Shown here in pieces: positions 1 to 8,061 of a stretch of 54,547 bases of DNA. A program made the translations under genes and the position numbers. Position 1 is the stretch's first letter, and each line of letters starts with the position of its first letter. Source of the stretch: an uncultured Lentisphaerales bacterium (lineage in GTDB: Bacteria; Verrucomicrobiota; Lentisphaeria; JABSQK01; UBA12247); assembly GCA_943788985.1 (NCBI GenBank), contig CALSSJ010000016.1, forward strand, positions 1 through 54,547, in the 5' to 3' direction. Below the pieces are notes generated by a model that was not told where the DNA came from, did no database searches, and was given only the letters and a program-made list of their open reading frames with translations.

Positions 1-2
1 GG

Positions 3-2013
3 AAATGGTATCGTGAGGCTGCTGATCAAGGTGAGCTGGCCGCCCAGGTCAACCTGGGTGCAATGTACAGCATGGGCAAGGGTGTACCTGAAAGTGATTC
101 GGACGCGATGAAATGGTACCGCAAGGCCGCCGAAAGCCATGCCTGGAACCTGTACTGGAGTATGACCTCAAAGCATGACAGAGGCGCAGGCGCTAGCCAG
201 GATTATACCGAAGTTGGGCGTTGGTTACGTTCCGCGGCTGCTGAAGGAAAGGCATCCGCACAGTTGGCTCTTGGCGTAATGTACGCCACCGGACAAGGAG
301 TCCCCCAAGATTATGGTCAGGCAAGGGAGTGGTGTCGCGAGGCTGCCGATCAGGGCGAGGCGTTTGCACAATTGTCCCTCGGCGTATTTCATGGCATGGG
401 AAAGGGGGTACCTGAGAGCAACATGGAGGCGATGAAATGGTACCGCAAGGCCGCCGAGCACGGCGTCTCGTTTGCTCAGTTTTATGTCGGGTGGGGATAC
501 CAAAATGGCGAAGGCGTCGTGAAGGACAGCGCAAAGGCTGCCGAGTGGTATACAAAGGCCGCCGAACAGGAGCACATTCACGCGCGGCAAAACCTTGGCT
601 TCATGTACTTTCGTGGTGAGGGAGTGGTTAAGAACTATGCCAAGGCCGTTGAGTGGCTCAGTAAGGGAGACACACGGCCCATCGACTCGTTCGTCGTTAT
701 TGGCTTTATGTATGAGCAAGGTGGAAATGGTCTCACGCAAAACTACTCCGACGCCGTCGATTGGTATCGTGCAGGTGCGGACACTGGAGACGCAAGCGCC
801 CAGAATAGTCTCGGCCTCATGTATCGCGCTGGCAAGGGTGTACCCCGAGACCACTCCGAAGCGGCCAAGTGGTTCCGCAAGGCTGCTGATCAAGGAGACG
901 CAGCAGCACAGTTTAATTTCGGGCTGGCTCATCTCGGAGACGCGGTAGAGAAGGATCCTGGGAGTGAGTACGACAATGACGCCGAGGCGGCTAGATGGTT
1001 TCGTAAGGCCGCGGAGCAAGGGCATCCGATGGCGCAGTTCATGTTCGGTTTTGTGTGCGAGAATGGGCAAGGTATCTCTCAGGACTACTCCGAAGCGGTT
1101 TTCTGGTACCGTAAAGCCGCAGAACACGGGCACGCCGAGGCTCAACATCGCCTTGCTGTACTATTAAAAAATCAGCCTGCCATTCCGCAGAACTCCTCTG
1201 AGGCCAGCAAATGGTATCGTTTGGGCCGCTGACCAGGGCCATAAGGGCTCTCAGTTTAACGTTGGCTTTATCTACTACATGGGCGAAGGGGTAGCCCAAG
1301 ATTATGGGCAAGCCATGAACTGGTATCGCATGGCTGCGGACCAGGGGGTTGCAGTTGCGCAATGGTTCCTCGGTATCATGCACGCTAGTGGCGAAGGAGT
1401 GCCCGTAGACTACGCCAAAGCTGTTAAGTGGTATCGTGAGGCTGCGGACCAGGGATATCTCGATGCGCAGTTCAAGCTCGCAGTAGCGTACGACAACGGC
1501 TATGGCGTACTTGAGAACGACGCAGAGGCCGTCAAGTGGTACCGAAAAGCCGCTGAGCAGGGAGACGCCAGTGCTCAGTTCAGCCTCGGTGTCATGTACG
1601 ACACTGGGGCAGGTGTGCCCCAGAACCACGCAGAAGCCGTTAAGTGGTTCCGCAAGGCTGCTGAGCAGGGAGACGCCAGTGCTCAGTTCAGCCTCGGTGT
1701 CATGTACGACACTGGGGCAGGTGTGCCCCAGAACCACGCAGAAGCCGTTAAGTGGTTCCGCAAGGCTGCTGAGCAAGGGAGTGCGGCAGCCCAGTACAAC
1801 CTCGGGGTTATGTACCTCAAGGGCGAAGGGGTTCCCGAGAACTACGCTAAGGCGTATACGTGGAGCAATTTAGCGGCCGCCTCAGGTATCAGCAAAGCGC
1901 GAAAGGTTGCCGACCAGACCAAGGCCCTTTTAACCGCTGAGCAACTGGCCGACGCGCAGAACGAAGCCTTGCGAATCTTCGCAGAGATCGATGCACGGAA
2001 GGCCAAGCGGTAG
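3..2013 (+). CDS. Sel1-like repeat (SLR) protein, 5'-truncated by the window edge, with a +1 frameshift near 1223-1225
   Basis: The frame is open from base 3 (KWYREAADQGELAAQVNLGAMY...). About 17 36-aa repeats of type AQFxLGxMYxxGxGVxQDYxEAxKWYRKAAEQG. Removing one G from TTGGGCC (1221-1227) joins ORF 63..1232 to 1279..2013 through WYRLAADQGHKGSQFNVGFIYYMGEG. Confidence 0.9.
1552..1775 (+). repeat. Perfect 108-bp tandem duplication (one Sel1 repeat unit)
   Basis: 1552-1659 is repeated exactly at 1660-1767, plus 8 nt of a third copy. Confidence 0.95.
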
Positions 2014-2222
2014 TCTGACCAGGTCTGTAACGAAAGACATGCGCTAGCTCAAGGTGCTGCAGCAAGGCCAGCTTCCTGATTTTCTACGGACCTCTAGGAC
2101 GCCAGAGATGCCCTAAGCGAAGGTCCGGTAGCGGTCCGGGACGGCCTGTTGGAGAGTGCTGCCAATTGGCGAAACGTCAAGGCTAGCTTGGCCTTAAAGG
2201 AGCTCTACGGTGTTGCCCGATA

Positions 2223-2272
2223 GCGGTCTTCTAAACCGTCGGTCGCTGGTTCGATCCCAGCCCGGAGTGCCA
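2223..2272 (+). tRNA. 3' portion of tRNA-Arg(TCT), anticodon arm to CCA; no D-arm or 5' acceptor strand; probable att-site duplication
   Basis: Anticodon stem-loop GCGGT-CT-TCT-AA-ACCGT, variable loop CGGTC, T-arm GCTGG-TTCGATC-CCAGC, acceptor strand CCGGAGT-G-CCA. The upstream 25 nt cannot form the D-arm or a full acceptor stem. Confidence 0.8.
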
Positions 2273-2362
2273 TTCTTACCTACGATCCCGACCCGCCAAA
2301 TCTTACCCGCGCGTCCCTACCTTCCGTGTGCTTTCGCGCTTTCCGTGGTTAGAAGAGATGCC

Positions 2363-4570
2363 CTACGGCACTCGCGGTTTCGTTTCCTCACCGGCCTTCA
2401 CGGGGTAAAGCGCGCCTTTGGCATCGAGTTCCCGGACCAGCGCTGCAACCATCGTCTGCAATTTCTCCGGATGCTCTGCCGCCAGGTCATTCGATTCCGT
2501 CAGGTCTGCATCCAAATTGAACAGCGCGTAGCGGGCCTCGTCCTCGAAATATTCATAGCGGACCTTCCAGCCGTCTTTCAAATAGCTGCTGAAGTAGCTG
2601 TTCTTTCCGCCGCGCGGATGCGGAAAGTGAGACAGGAACTCGTTGCGATGCGCTGGATCCTCAGCGCCACTCAGCAGCTTCGCCAGATTCTGGCCGTCGA
2701 CCGGGTAGTCCGCGGGCACCTTGGCGTTGACCAGCGCAGCGATCGTCGGGAACAGATCAAAACAGGCGCCTACCGCATCGGTCCGGAATCTCCCAGCCGC
2801 GATCGGCATCTTCTGCTGCCAGGTGTTGGCTCGATTCGGCTTGGCCCAGGCGGCGATAAACGGAACGCGAATCCCGCCTTCCCACTTGGATCCCTTCTTG
2901 CCGCGAAGCGGAGCACTCGAGCCAATCGTATGATAGCTGCCCAGCGGGGCATCGGAGCCGTTGTCGCCGAGGAAAAAGATGAGCGTATTCTCCGCCACGC
3001 CCTTGGCCTGCAAATGATCCAGCAGGTCGCCGAGCGATTTATCCATCCCCTCAATCAGGGTGGCAAAGGCCTGCGCATGCTTCTTCTTGCCGGCGGTATA
3101 GTTCGCCGCAAAGCGTGGGTCAGAATGAAACGGCGCATGGACCGCGTAGTGCGACATGTGCAGGAAGAACGGCTGATCCGTCGCCAGCACTTGGTCGATT
3201 TCCGCCTTGGCCTCGATCGTGAGCGCCTCGCTAAGAAACGTGTCGCTGCCATGATATTTCTCCAGATGCGGCACATCATGAAAGCTCCCTCTGGCGTAAT
3301 TCTTTTTGCCATAGTAACTGCCCGGTTGCCCGGCGGCTGTGCCGCCCACATTCACATCGAATCCCAGATTCCGCGGCTCCGCCCCCTCTGAGCCGACCGG
3401 GCCAAAGTGCGCCTTGCCGATGTGAATCGTGGTATATCCCGACTGCTTCAACATCGCTGGCAGCGTCAACTGCCCGTTGACCAAGCCGGTCCAGCCCCAT
3501 TTTGGCGGGCCGTTTGGCCCTCCGTTATTCTTGGTCGGTGCGATCCAGTTGGTGGTGTGGTGCCGGGCCGAGTTTTGCCCGGTCATGATCGAAACCCGTG
3601 ATGGCGAGCAGACCGTATGCGAATAGAAGCTACTGAACCGAATCCCCTGCGCCGCGAGCCGCTCCATGCTCGGCGTGCGATACCAGTCATTGAAAGGATG
3701 ACGAACGGGCTCGCCATCATCACCAGCCACGAACGGAACCGAGGTATCCATCAGCCCCATGTCATCCACCAGAAACACCACAATATTTGGCAGCCCTTTC
3801 CCGACTCCGGCTGGTGCGGACCACCTGACCATCTTCTTTGCGGGCTTCAGTGGAACAGCGGGCACCGCGCTCTCAACCGGCGCGCCAGCGCGTCCAGCCG
3901 CAAATAGCCTGGCGGTGGCCACCACCGAATCGTAGACCTGCACGTTTGCCAACTGCATGCCATAGGTCTGATTCTTTGCCCGGTTGGCGCCAAGCACCAC
4001 CTCCGCAAGCTCCACCGCCTTGCGATGGCTAAGCGTAGCAAAGTCCCCGACGCTGCCGCCTTCGGCAGACACCGTGAGCGTCAAAGCGCTCCCATCCGCA
4101 CTGCTCAGCACCACGTTGTACCAGGTGTCGGCCTGATGAGCGCCTTCGACATAGGTACTCACTTGGCCAGCTCCCTTCCCCGAACGAATCGCCAGGCGCC
4201 CGCCCTTTGTGGCATCGCTCTGAAACTGCCACGACGTCTCAGTCCCCGTCGTATGGCTAGAGAACAGCCCTTGATAGCTCCCGCTCTGGCTCACTTCGGC
4301 GGTCTTCATCCAGAACGACACCGTAAACGTTTTCAGGTCGGCACTATCTGCCACCAGATAATTCGCGCCTGCGGGTTTGCTTGCCGCCGTGAACACCGCC
4401 GTTCCGTCGCCCAGCCTGACCGGCCCCTTCTTCGCCAGCGCCTTCCCGCCCGGTACGCGATTATCCAGCGGAACCCCGTCACCAAAGTCATAGTGCGCGA
4501 CCAAGCCGCCTTGTACGGAGACCGCCAACAGAATTCCGAGACATGCCAACACTGCTATTTTCATCATCAT
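2363..4570 (-). CDS. Secreted Cys-type (formylglycine-dependent) sulfatase with N-terminal LamG/concanavalin-like domain
   Basis: Signal peptide; LamG-like motifs (LVAHYDF, FTVSFWMK, WYNVVLS); PNIVVFLVDDMG, CSPSRVSIMTG (CxPxR), GKAHFG, GDNG and KGSKWEGGIRVP sulfatase motifs. Confidence 0.92.
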   Translation of the reverse strand: MMMKIAVLACLGILLAVSVQGGLVAHYDFGDGVPLDNRVPGGKALAKKGPVRLGDGTAVFTAASKPAGANYLVADSADLKTFTVSFWMKTAEVSQSGSYQGLFSSHTTGTETSWQFQSDATKGGRLAIRSGKGAGQVSTYVEGAHQADTWYNVVLSSADGSALTLTVSAEGGSVGDFATLSHRKAVELAEVVLGANRAKNQTYGMQLANVQVYDSVVATARLFAAGRAGAPVESAVPAVPLKPAKKMVRWSAPAGVGKGLPNIVVFLVDDMGLMDTSVPFVAGDDGEPVRHPFNDWYRTPSMERLAAQGIRFSSFYSHTVCSPSRVSIMTGQNSARHHTTNWIAPTKNNGGPNGPPKWGWTGLVNGQLTLPAMLKQSGYTTIHIGKAHFGPVGSEGAEPRNLGFDVNVGGTAAGQPGSYYGKKNYARGSFHDVPHLEKYHGSDTFLSEALTIEAKAEIDQVLATDQPFFLHMSHYAVHAPFHSDPRFAANYTAGKKKHAQAFATLIEGMDKSLGDLLDHLQAKGVAENTLIFFLGDNGSDAPLGSYHTIGSSAPLRGKKGSKWEGGIRVPFIAAWAKPNRANTWQQKMPIAAGRFRTDAVGACFDLFPTIAALVNAKVPADYPVDGQNLAKLLSGAEDPAHRNEFLSHFPHPRGGKNSYFSSYLKDGWKVRYEYFEDEARYALFNLDADLTESNDLAAEHPEKLQTMVAALVRELDAKGALYPVKAGEETKPRVP

Positions 4571-4682
4571 TCTCCTAACCCTCTGCTTCTCGTTGCTCAG
4601 CCGAACATTCGCAGTTCCAGCGAATATAGCAATCTCTGCCGGAGCCCTGTGTGGAGAGGCCGGGGTAACGGCAGCCAGACAG

Positions 4683-4740
4683 CAAAAAGATCGACTCCAG
4701 TCGACTGCAATCGATGGGATCGACTTGAGTCGATCCTTTG
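4683..4740. promoter_or_regulatory. Phased TCGA palindrome array / nested inverted repeat upstream of the sulfatase (possible operator)
   Basis: TCGA at 4691, 4701, 4711, 4720 and 4730; GGATCGACT-TG-AGTCGATCC palindrome at 4717-4736. Confidence 0.4.
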
Positions 4741-4790
4741 AACGCTGCCAGATGGCTTCTTAGCGGCCGCCATCACACCCGATTACGGTG

Positions 4791-5022
4791 AACTTTGGGG
4801 CTCGGCGCGACGCCGTCACGCCGCAAGGTGGGACCGCGCATCAGGGCAGGACTTGGTGACTCGCTGACTTGATGACGCCCGATGCCAACATGACTGAGCT
4901 GACGCCAGGCCAGTGCGATTGCTGATCTGGCGTCATTGGGGCATGGCGTCGTCGGGAGTCACGGCGTCACTAAGTCATCAAGTCCCATTCCGTCACGCAG
5001 CGAGGCAATTGAGGTGCCCCGT
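4791..5022. repeat. Copy 1 of a ~230-bp duplicated element with a ~135-nt internal hairpin (REPIN/MITE-like or structured RNA)
   Basis: Near-identical to 5078-5301. Arms GGACTTGGTGAC (4849-4860) / GTCATCAAGTCC (4974-4985); inner stem TGACGCCAG (4900-4908) / CTGGCGTCA (4927-4935). Confidence 0.9.
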
Positions 5023-5077
5023 CAGGGCACAAATCGAGCGCCGCGAGAAACCCAGGCCGTTGGCCTGGGCTCCGTTA

Positions 5078-5301
5078 AACTTTGGGGCTCGGCGCGACGC
5101 CGTCACGCCGCAAGGTGGGACCGCGCATCAGGGCAGGACTTGGTGACTCGCTGACTTGATGACGCCCGATGCCAACAGGACTGAGCTGACGTTAGGCCAG
5201 TGCGATTGCTGATCTGGCGTCATTGGGGCATGGCGTCGTCGGGAGTCACGGCGTCACCAAGTCCTACTCCCTCACGCCGCGCGGCAATTGAGGTGCCCCG
5301 T
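5078..5301. repeat. Copy 2 of the duplicated hairpin element (8 nt shorter)
   Basis: Starts 287 bp after copy 1; lacks one octamer (TAAGTCAT) in the right arm; a few substitutions. Confidence 0.9.
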
Positions 5302-5329
5302 TCGGGGAGCCTCGTTCCCCGAACGGGGC
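5295..5329 (-). terminator. 14-bp perfect stem-loop just downstream of tsaD (terminator- or REP-like)
   Basis: GCCCCGTTCGGGGA-GCCTCGT-TCCCCGAACGGGGC, 10 nt past the tsaD stop; no clear U-tract. Confidence 0.4.
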
Positions 5330-5339
5330 CCGCAGGGGA

Positions 5340-6425
5340 CTACTCACCGCTGGTAAAAGAGACGTGGTCGAGCTCTGGCAGCCGGGCGGTTGCGTCGAGG
5401 TCCCAGCCAGAACGGGCGCCAGCCGCGAGTTCATGATAGCCGAGACCGGCGATCATGGCGGCGTTGTCTGTGCAGTATTTGGGCGCGGCAATGAGCAGCT
5501 CGCGATCGCTGAAGGCATCGGTCATCGCGGTGCGAAGCTGGGAATTGCAGGCCACGCCGCCGCAAAGGACGACGGTCTTGGCATCGTACTTCTCTACGGC
5601 CCATGTCGTCTTGCGCACGAGCACGTCTACGATCGCCTGCTGAAAGGCGGCAATGGTGTCCAGCCATGGCTGTGGCATGGACGCCTCGGTGCAGTCGTCA
5701 GGAAGCGGGTCGAGCTTGCGGCAATGATAGAGCAGAGACGTCTTGACCCCGCTGAAACTGAAGTTGAGCCGGTCTTCGTCGCGCAGCGGGGTGCCACCGC
5801 CACCAAGCAGGCCGCGCGGAAAGCGATGGCTGGTGGGATCGCCTCGCCGGGCCAGGCGATCGATGAGCGGGCCCCCCGGATAGCCAAGGTTCATGATCCT
5901 GGCGGCCTTGTCGAACGCTTCGCCCGCAGCATCGTCAAGCGTCTGGCCAACAACCTCCGTCGAGCCATCCTGCCGGATCAGGACCAAGGCAGTGTGCCCG
6001 CCAGAAACTACCAGCGAGAGAATTGGGTAGCTTTGCGAACTCCGCAATTTCTCTGACTTCTCAAGAAAGGCGCCATAGATGTGCGCGGTGAAGTGGTTGA
6101 TGCCGATGAGCGGCTTTTCGAGTGAGGCTGCCAAGCCTTTGGCATAGCTGATGCCGACGATCAGGGCAGGCAACAGCCCAGGATGAGAGGTCACGGCGAT
6201 GCCGTCGAGGTCGCTGGCTTCGATGCCAGCCTCGCGCAGGGCGAGTTCTACGACGGGCTGCACGGCCTTGAGGTGCTCACGGGCGGCAAGCTCGGGTATG
6301 ACCCCGCCGTAAGCCGCGTGCTTGGCGATCTGCGAGGAGATCACATTGGCAAGTACGTCCTGGCCATCGCGTACAATCGCAGCGGCAGTTTCATCACAAC
6401 TGGTTTCTAACCCTAAAATCAGCAT
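5340..6425 (-). CDS. tsaD: tRNA N6-adenosine threonylcarbamoyltransferase TsaD
   Basis: ILGLETSCDETAAA, GGVIPELAAREH, NHFTAH, VSGGHT, DDAAGEAFDK, GGVACN and CTDNAAMIA motifs. Confidence 0.97.
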   Translation of the reverse strand: MLILGLETSCDETAAAIVRDGQDVLANVISSQIAKHAAYGGVIPELAAREHLKAVQPVVELALREAGIEASDLDGIAVTSHPGLLPALIVGISYAKGLAASLEKPLIGINHFTAHIYGAFLEKSEKLRSSQSYPILSLVVSGGHTALVLIRQDGSTEVVGQTLDDAAGEAFDKAARIMNLGYPGGPLIDRLARRGDPTSHRFPRGLLGGGGTPLRDEDRLNFSFSGVKTSLLYHCRKLDPLPDDCTEASMPQPWLDTIAAFQQAIVDVLVRKTTWAVEKYDAKTVVLCGGVACNSQLRTAMTDAFSDRELLIAAPKYCTDNAAMIAGLGYHELAAGARSGWDLDATARLPELDHVSFTSGE

Positions 6426-6661
6426 AGTCTCATCCTCTGTGGCTCATGCGGGTACTGTTGTGTGATGCGCAGATCTTCCAACTGCCAGCCGGAGGTTACA
6501 TAAGCTGTGATACTCTCCCAATCTGCTACGAGCTGCGCTTTCGGTGAGATCTGCAACCGTTGGACTTTACCCGCAGGCGGTAATGTGCCAGAGACAACGG
6601 CCGACGGGCGCAGTACTGTGCGCCGCCCAACAATTGGACTTGAGACCCTAGGAGTGCCCTG

Positions 6662-7972
6662 ATGCGAAAGACAGCGGAATATTACGGAATAATGCTGTTT
6701 GCAATACTCTCCCTGACCATGGCAGGGCATGCTGAAGTACTGGTCGTCTTAAACGATAGTACGTCCGAATGGGCGGAAACCGCGGTCAAGGAAGGGGATA
6801 CCCTTCAATACACCGCATCTGGCAAAAAGAAGAGGATCTCGCTGGACAGGGTATCCCAGCTGCTGCCGCGCCCGAAGCGTGGGAAAACATATGATGAGCC
6901 GACGATCACCAAGATGGTCATCGCCGTTGAGAAGCAGATGCGCAAGCATAAAGCGCTGCGGAGACGCCTGCAGCTGCTGCGCGACGAGTGGAAGGCGCGC
7001 CGCCGGGTCACAAAGGATTTGGGCCCCCAGATTGAAGAGCTGGAGAAGACATATCACAGCTCGTCGCGCAATCTGGCGGCGTACAACAGCTTCAGCTCTA
7101 ACCTTGGGATGTTGCGCTTCCAGGACCTGTCGGCCACTCACACGGTGCAGTTCGACGAAGTGGAGCAGCGGATCCGCGTGGAGTTCCTGGCCAGCCAGCG
7201 CAAGGTCTTGGCCGGGCTGCTGAAAATCGCGAATCCGGAGCCCGCGCAGTATATGGTAGCGCGGGAGCTGTCTTCGGTTTTGAAGTCGCACGATGCACTT
7301 CCGCCGGTTGCGCCCAAGCTGCTGGGAAAGATGCGGCTGAACACGCTGCGCGGGAGCGCGTCACGGGCTGCCAAGCGCTTGAAGGCCGCTCCCTCGCTCA
7401 CTGGCTACCTGCTCGCTCATGAGATCTGGTTGGACCTCGAGCAGCACCTCGGTGAAAGCGAGAAGGAGCTGGCCATGATCCGGAATAAGCTCGATGCGCT
7501 GCGCAGGGACCTGCCGAAGATTGACAAGGCATTCGTCGCGGATTCTAGCGGGTTTCCCCTCTCCAAAGAGGATCTGGCCGCGCTGCGCAGCGGCCAGGGA
7601 AAGTTTCCCACAAGGACCGGAGACCTGGAAGTGCCGAGCGCGCGTATTATCCCTGGTGTAACCAAGGCAGACGCCAGCGGCGTTCATGCCAAGCTGGCGA
7701 TTGTCTTTCGGGTGCCACCGCCAGAAGGGGACTACCGCCTCCGCCTAGCGGTCCCTTCGAAGGAGACTATCAAAACCACGTCGGTCCCTATCTCGGGAGC
7801 CATTCATCGCTATTCCGTGGCGGTGAAATGCAGCGGAAAGGACCTTCGCGATGCAGGCTTCCAGGGGGATGTCTACGTGGAATTGGTGCGGGAAGGTGAC
7901 CAGGGAAAATGGCAGCCGGTAAGCAAGCAGACGTTCTTGGCCTTCGTGTCGAAACCCGAGCACGAACACTGA
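6662..7972 (+). CDS. Hypothetical exported protein
   Basis: 436-aa ORF with signal peptide (MLFAILSLTMAGHA|E), divergent from tsaD; no family recognised. Confidence 0.75.
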   Translation: MRKTAEYYGIMLFAILSLTMAGHAEVLVVLNDSTSEWAETAVKEGDTLQYTASGKKKRISLDRVSQLLPRPKRGKTYDEPTITKMVIAVEKQMRKHKALRRRLQLLRDEWKARRRVTKDLGPQIEELEKTYHSSSRNLAAYNSFSSNLGMLRFQDLSATHTVQFDEVEQRIRVEFLASQRKVLAGLLKIANPEPAQYMVARELSSVLKSHDALPPVAPKLLGKMRLNTLRGSASRAAKRLKAAPSLTGYLLAHEIWLDLEQHLGESEKELAMIRNKLDALRRDLPKIDKAFVADSSGFPLSKEDLAALRSGQGKFPTRTGDLEVPSARIIPGVTKADASGVHAKLAIVFRVPPPEGDYRLRLAVPSKETIKTTSVPISGAIHRYSVAVKCSGKDLRDAGFQGDVYVELVREGDQGKWQPVSKQTFLAFVSKPEHEH

Positions 7973-8061
7973 CCGACAGCGCGCGCCTTTTCGCATTGAC
8001 GAAGGGATACGCTATCGTACCCTTTTCCTTAGACCCCTGTCTTTCTGGAGGAGTACCGACG

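Noticed and set aside
2041..2272. Intron-split tRNA-Arg using TAGCTCAAGG at 2045 as the 5' exon
   Set aside because: The 7 nt before TAGCTC do not pair with the CCGGAGT acceptor strand, and no group I/II intron core motifs are present.
2210..3391. 393-aa + strand ORF (and similar long antisense ORFs such as 225..1148, 20487..22028, 46476..47510, 52371..53669)
   Set aside because: Antisense shadows of well-supported genes in GC-rich DNA; no recognisable motifs.
4791..5301. CRISPR array or small duplicated ORFs (4913..5146, 5200..5436)
   Set aside because: Only two long units with no repeat-spacer periodicity and no cas genes; the ORFs are by-products of the repeat and diverge in frame.
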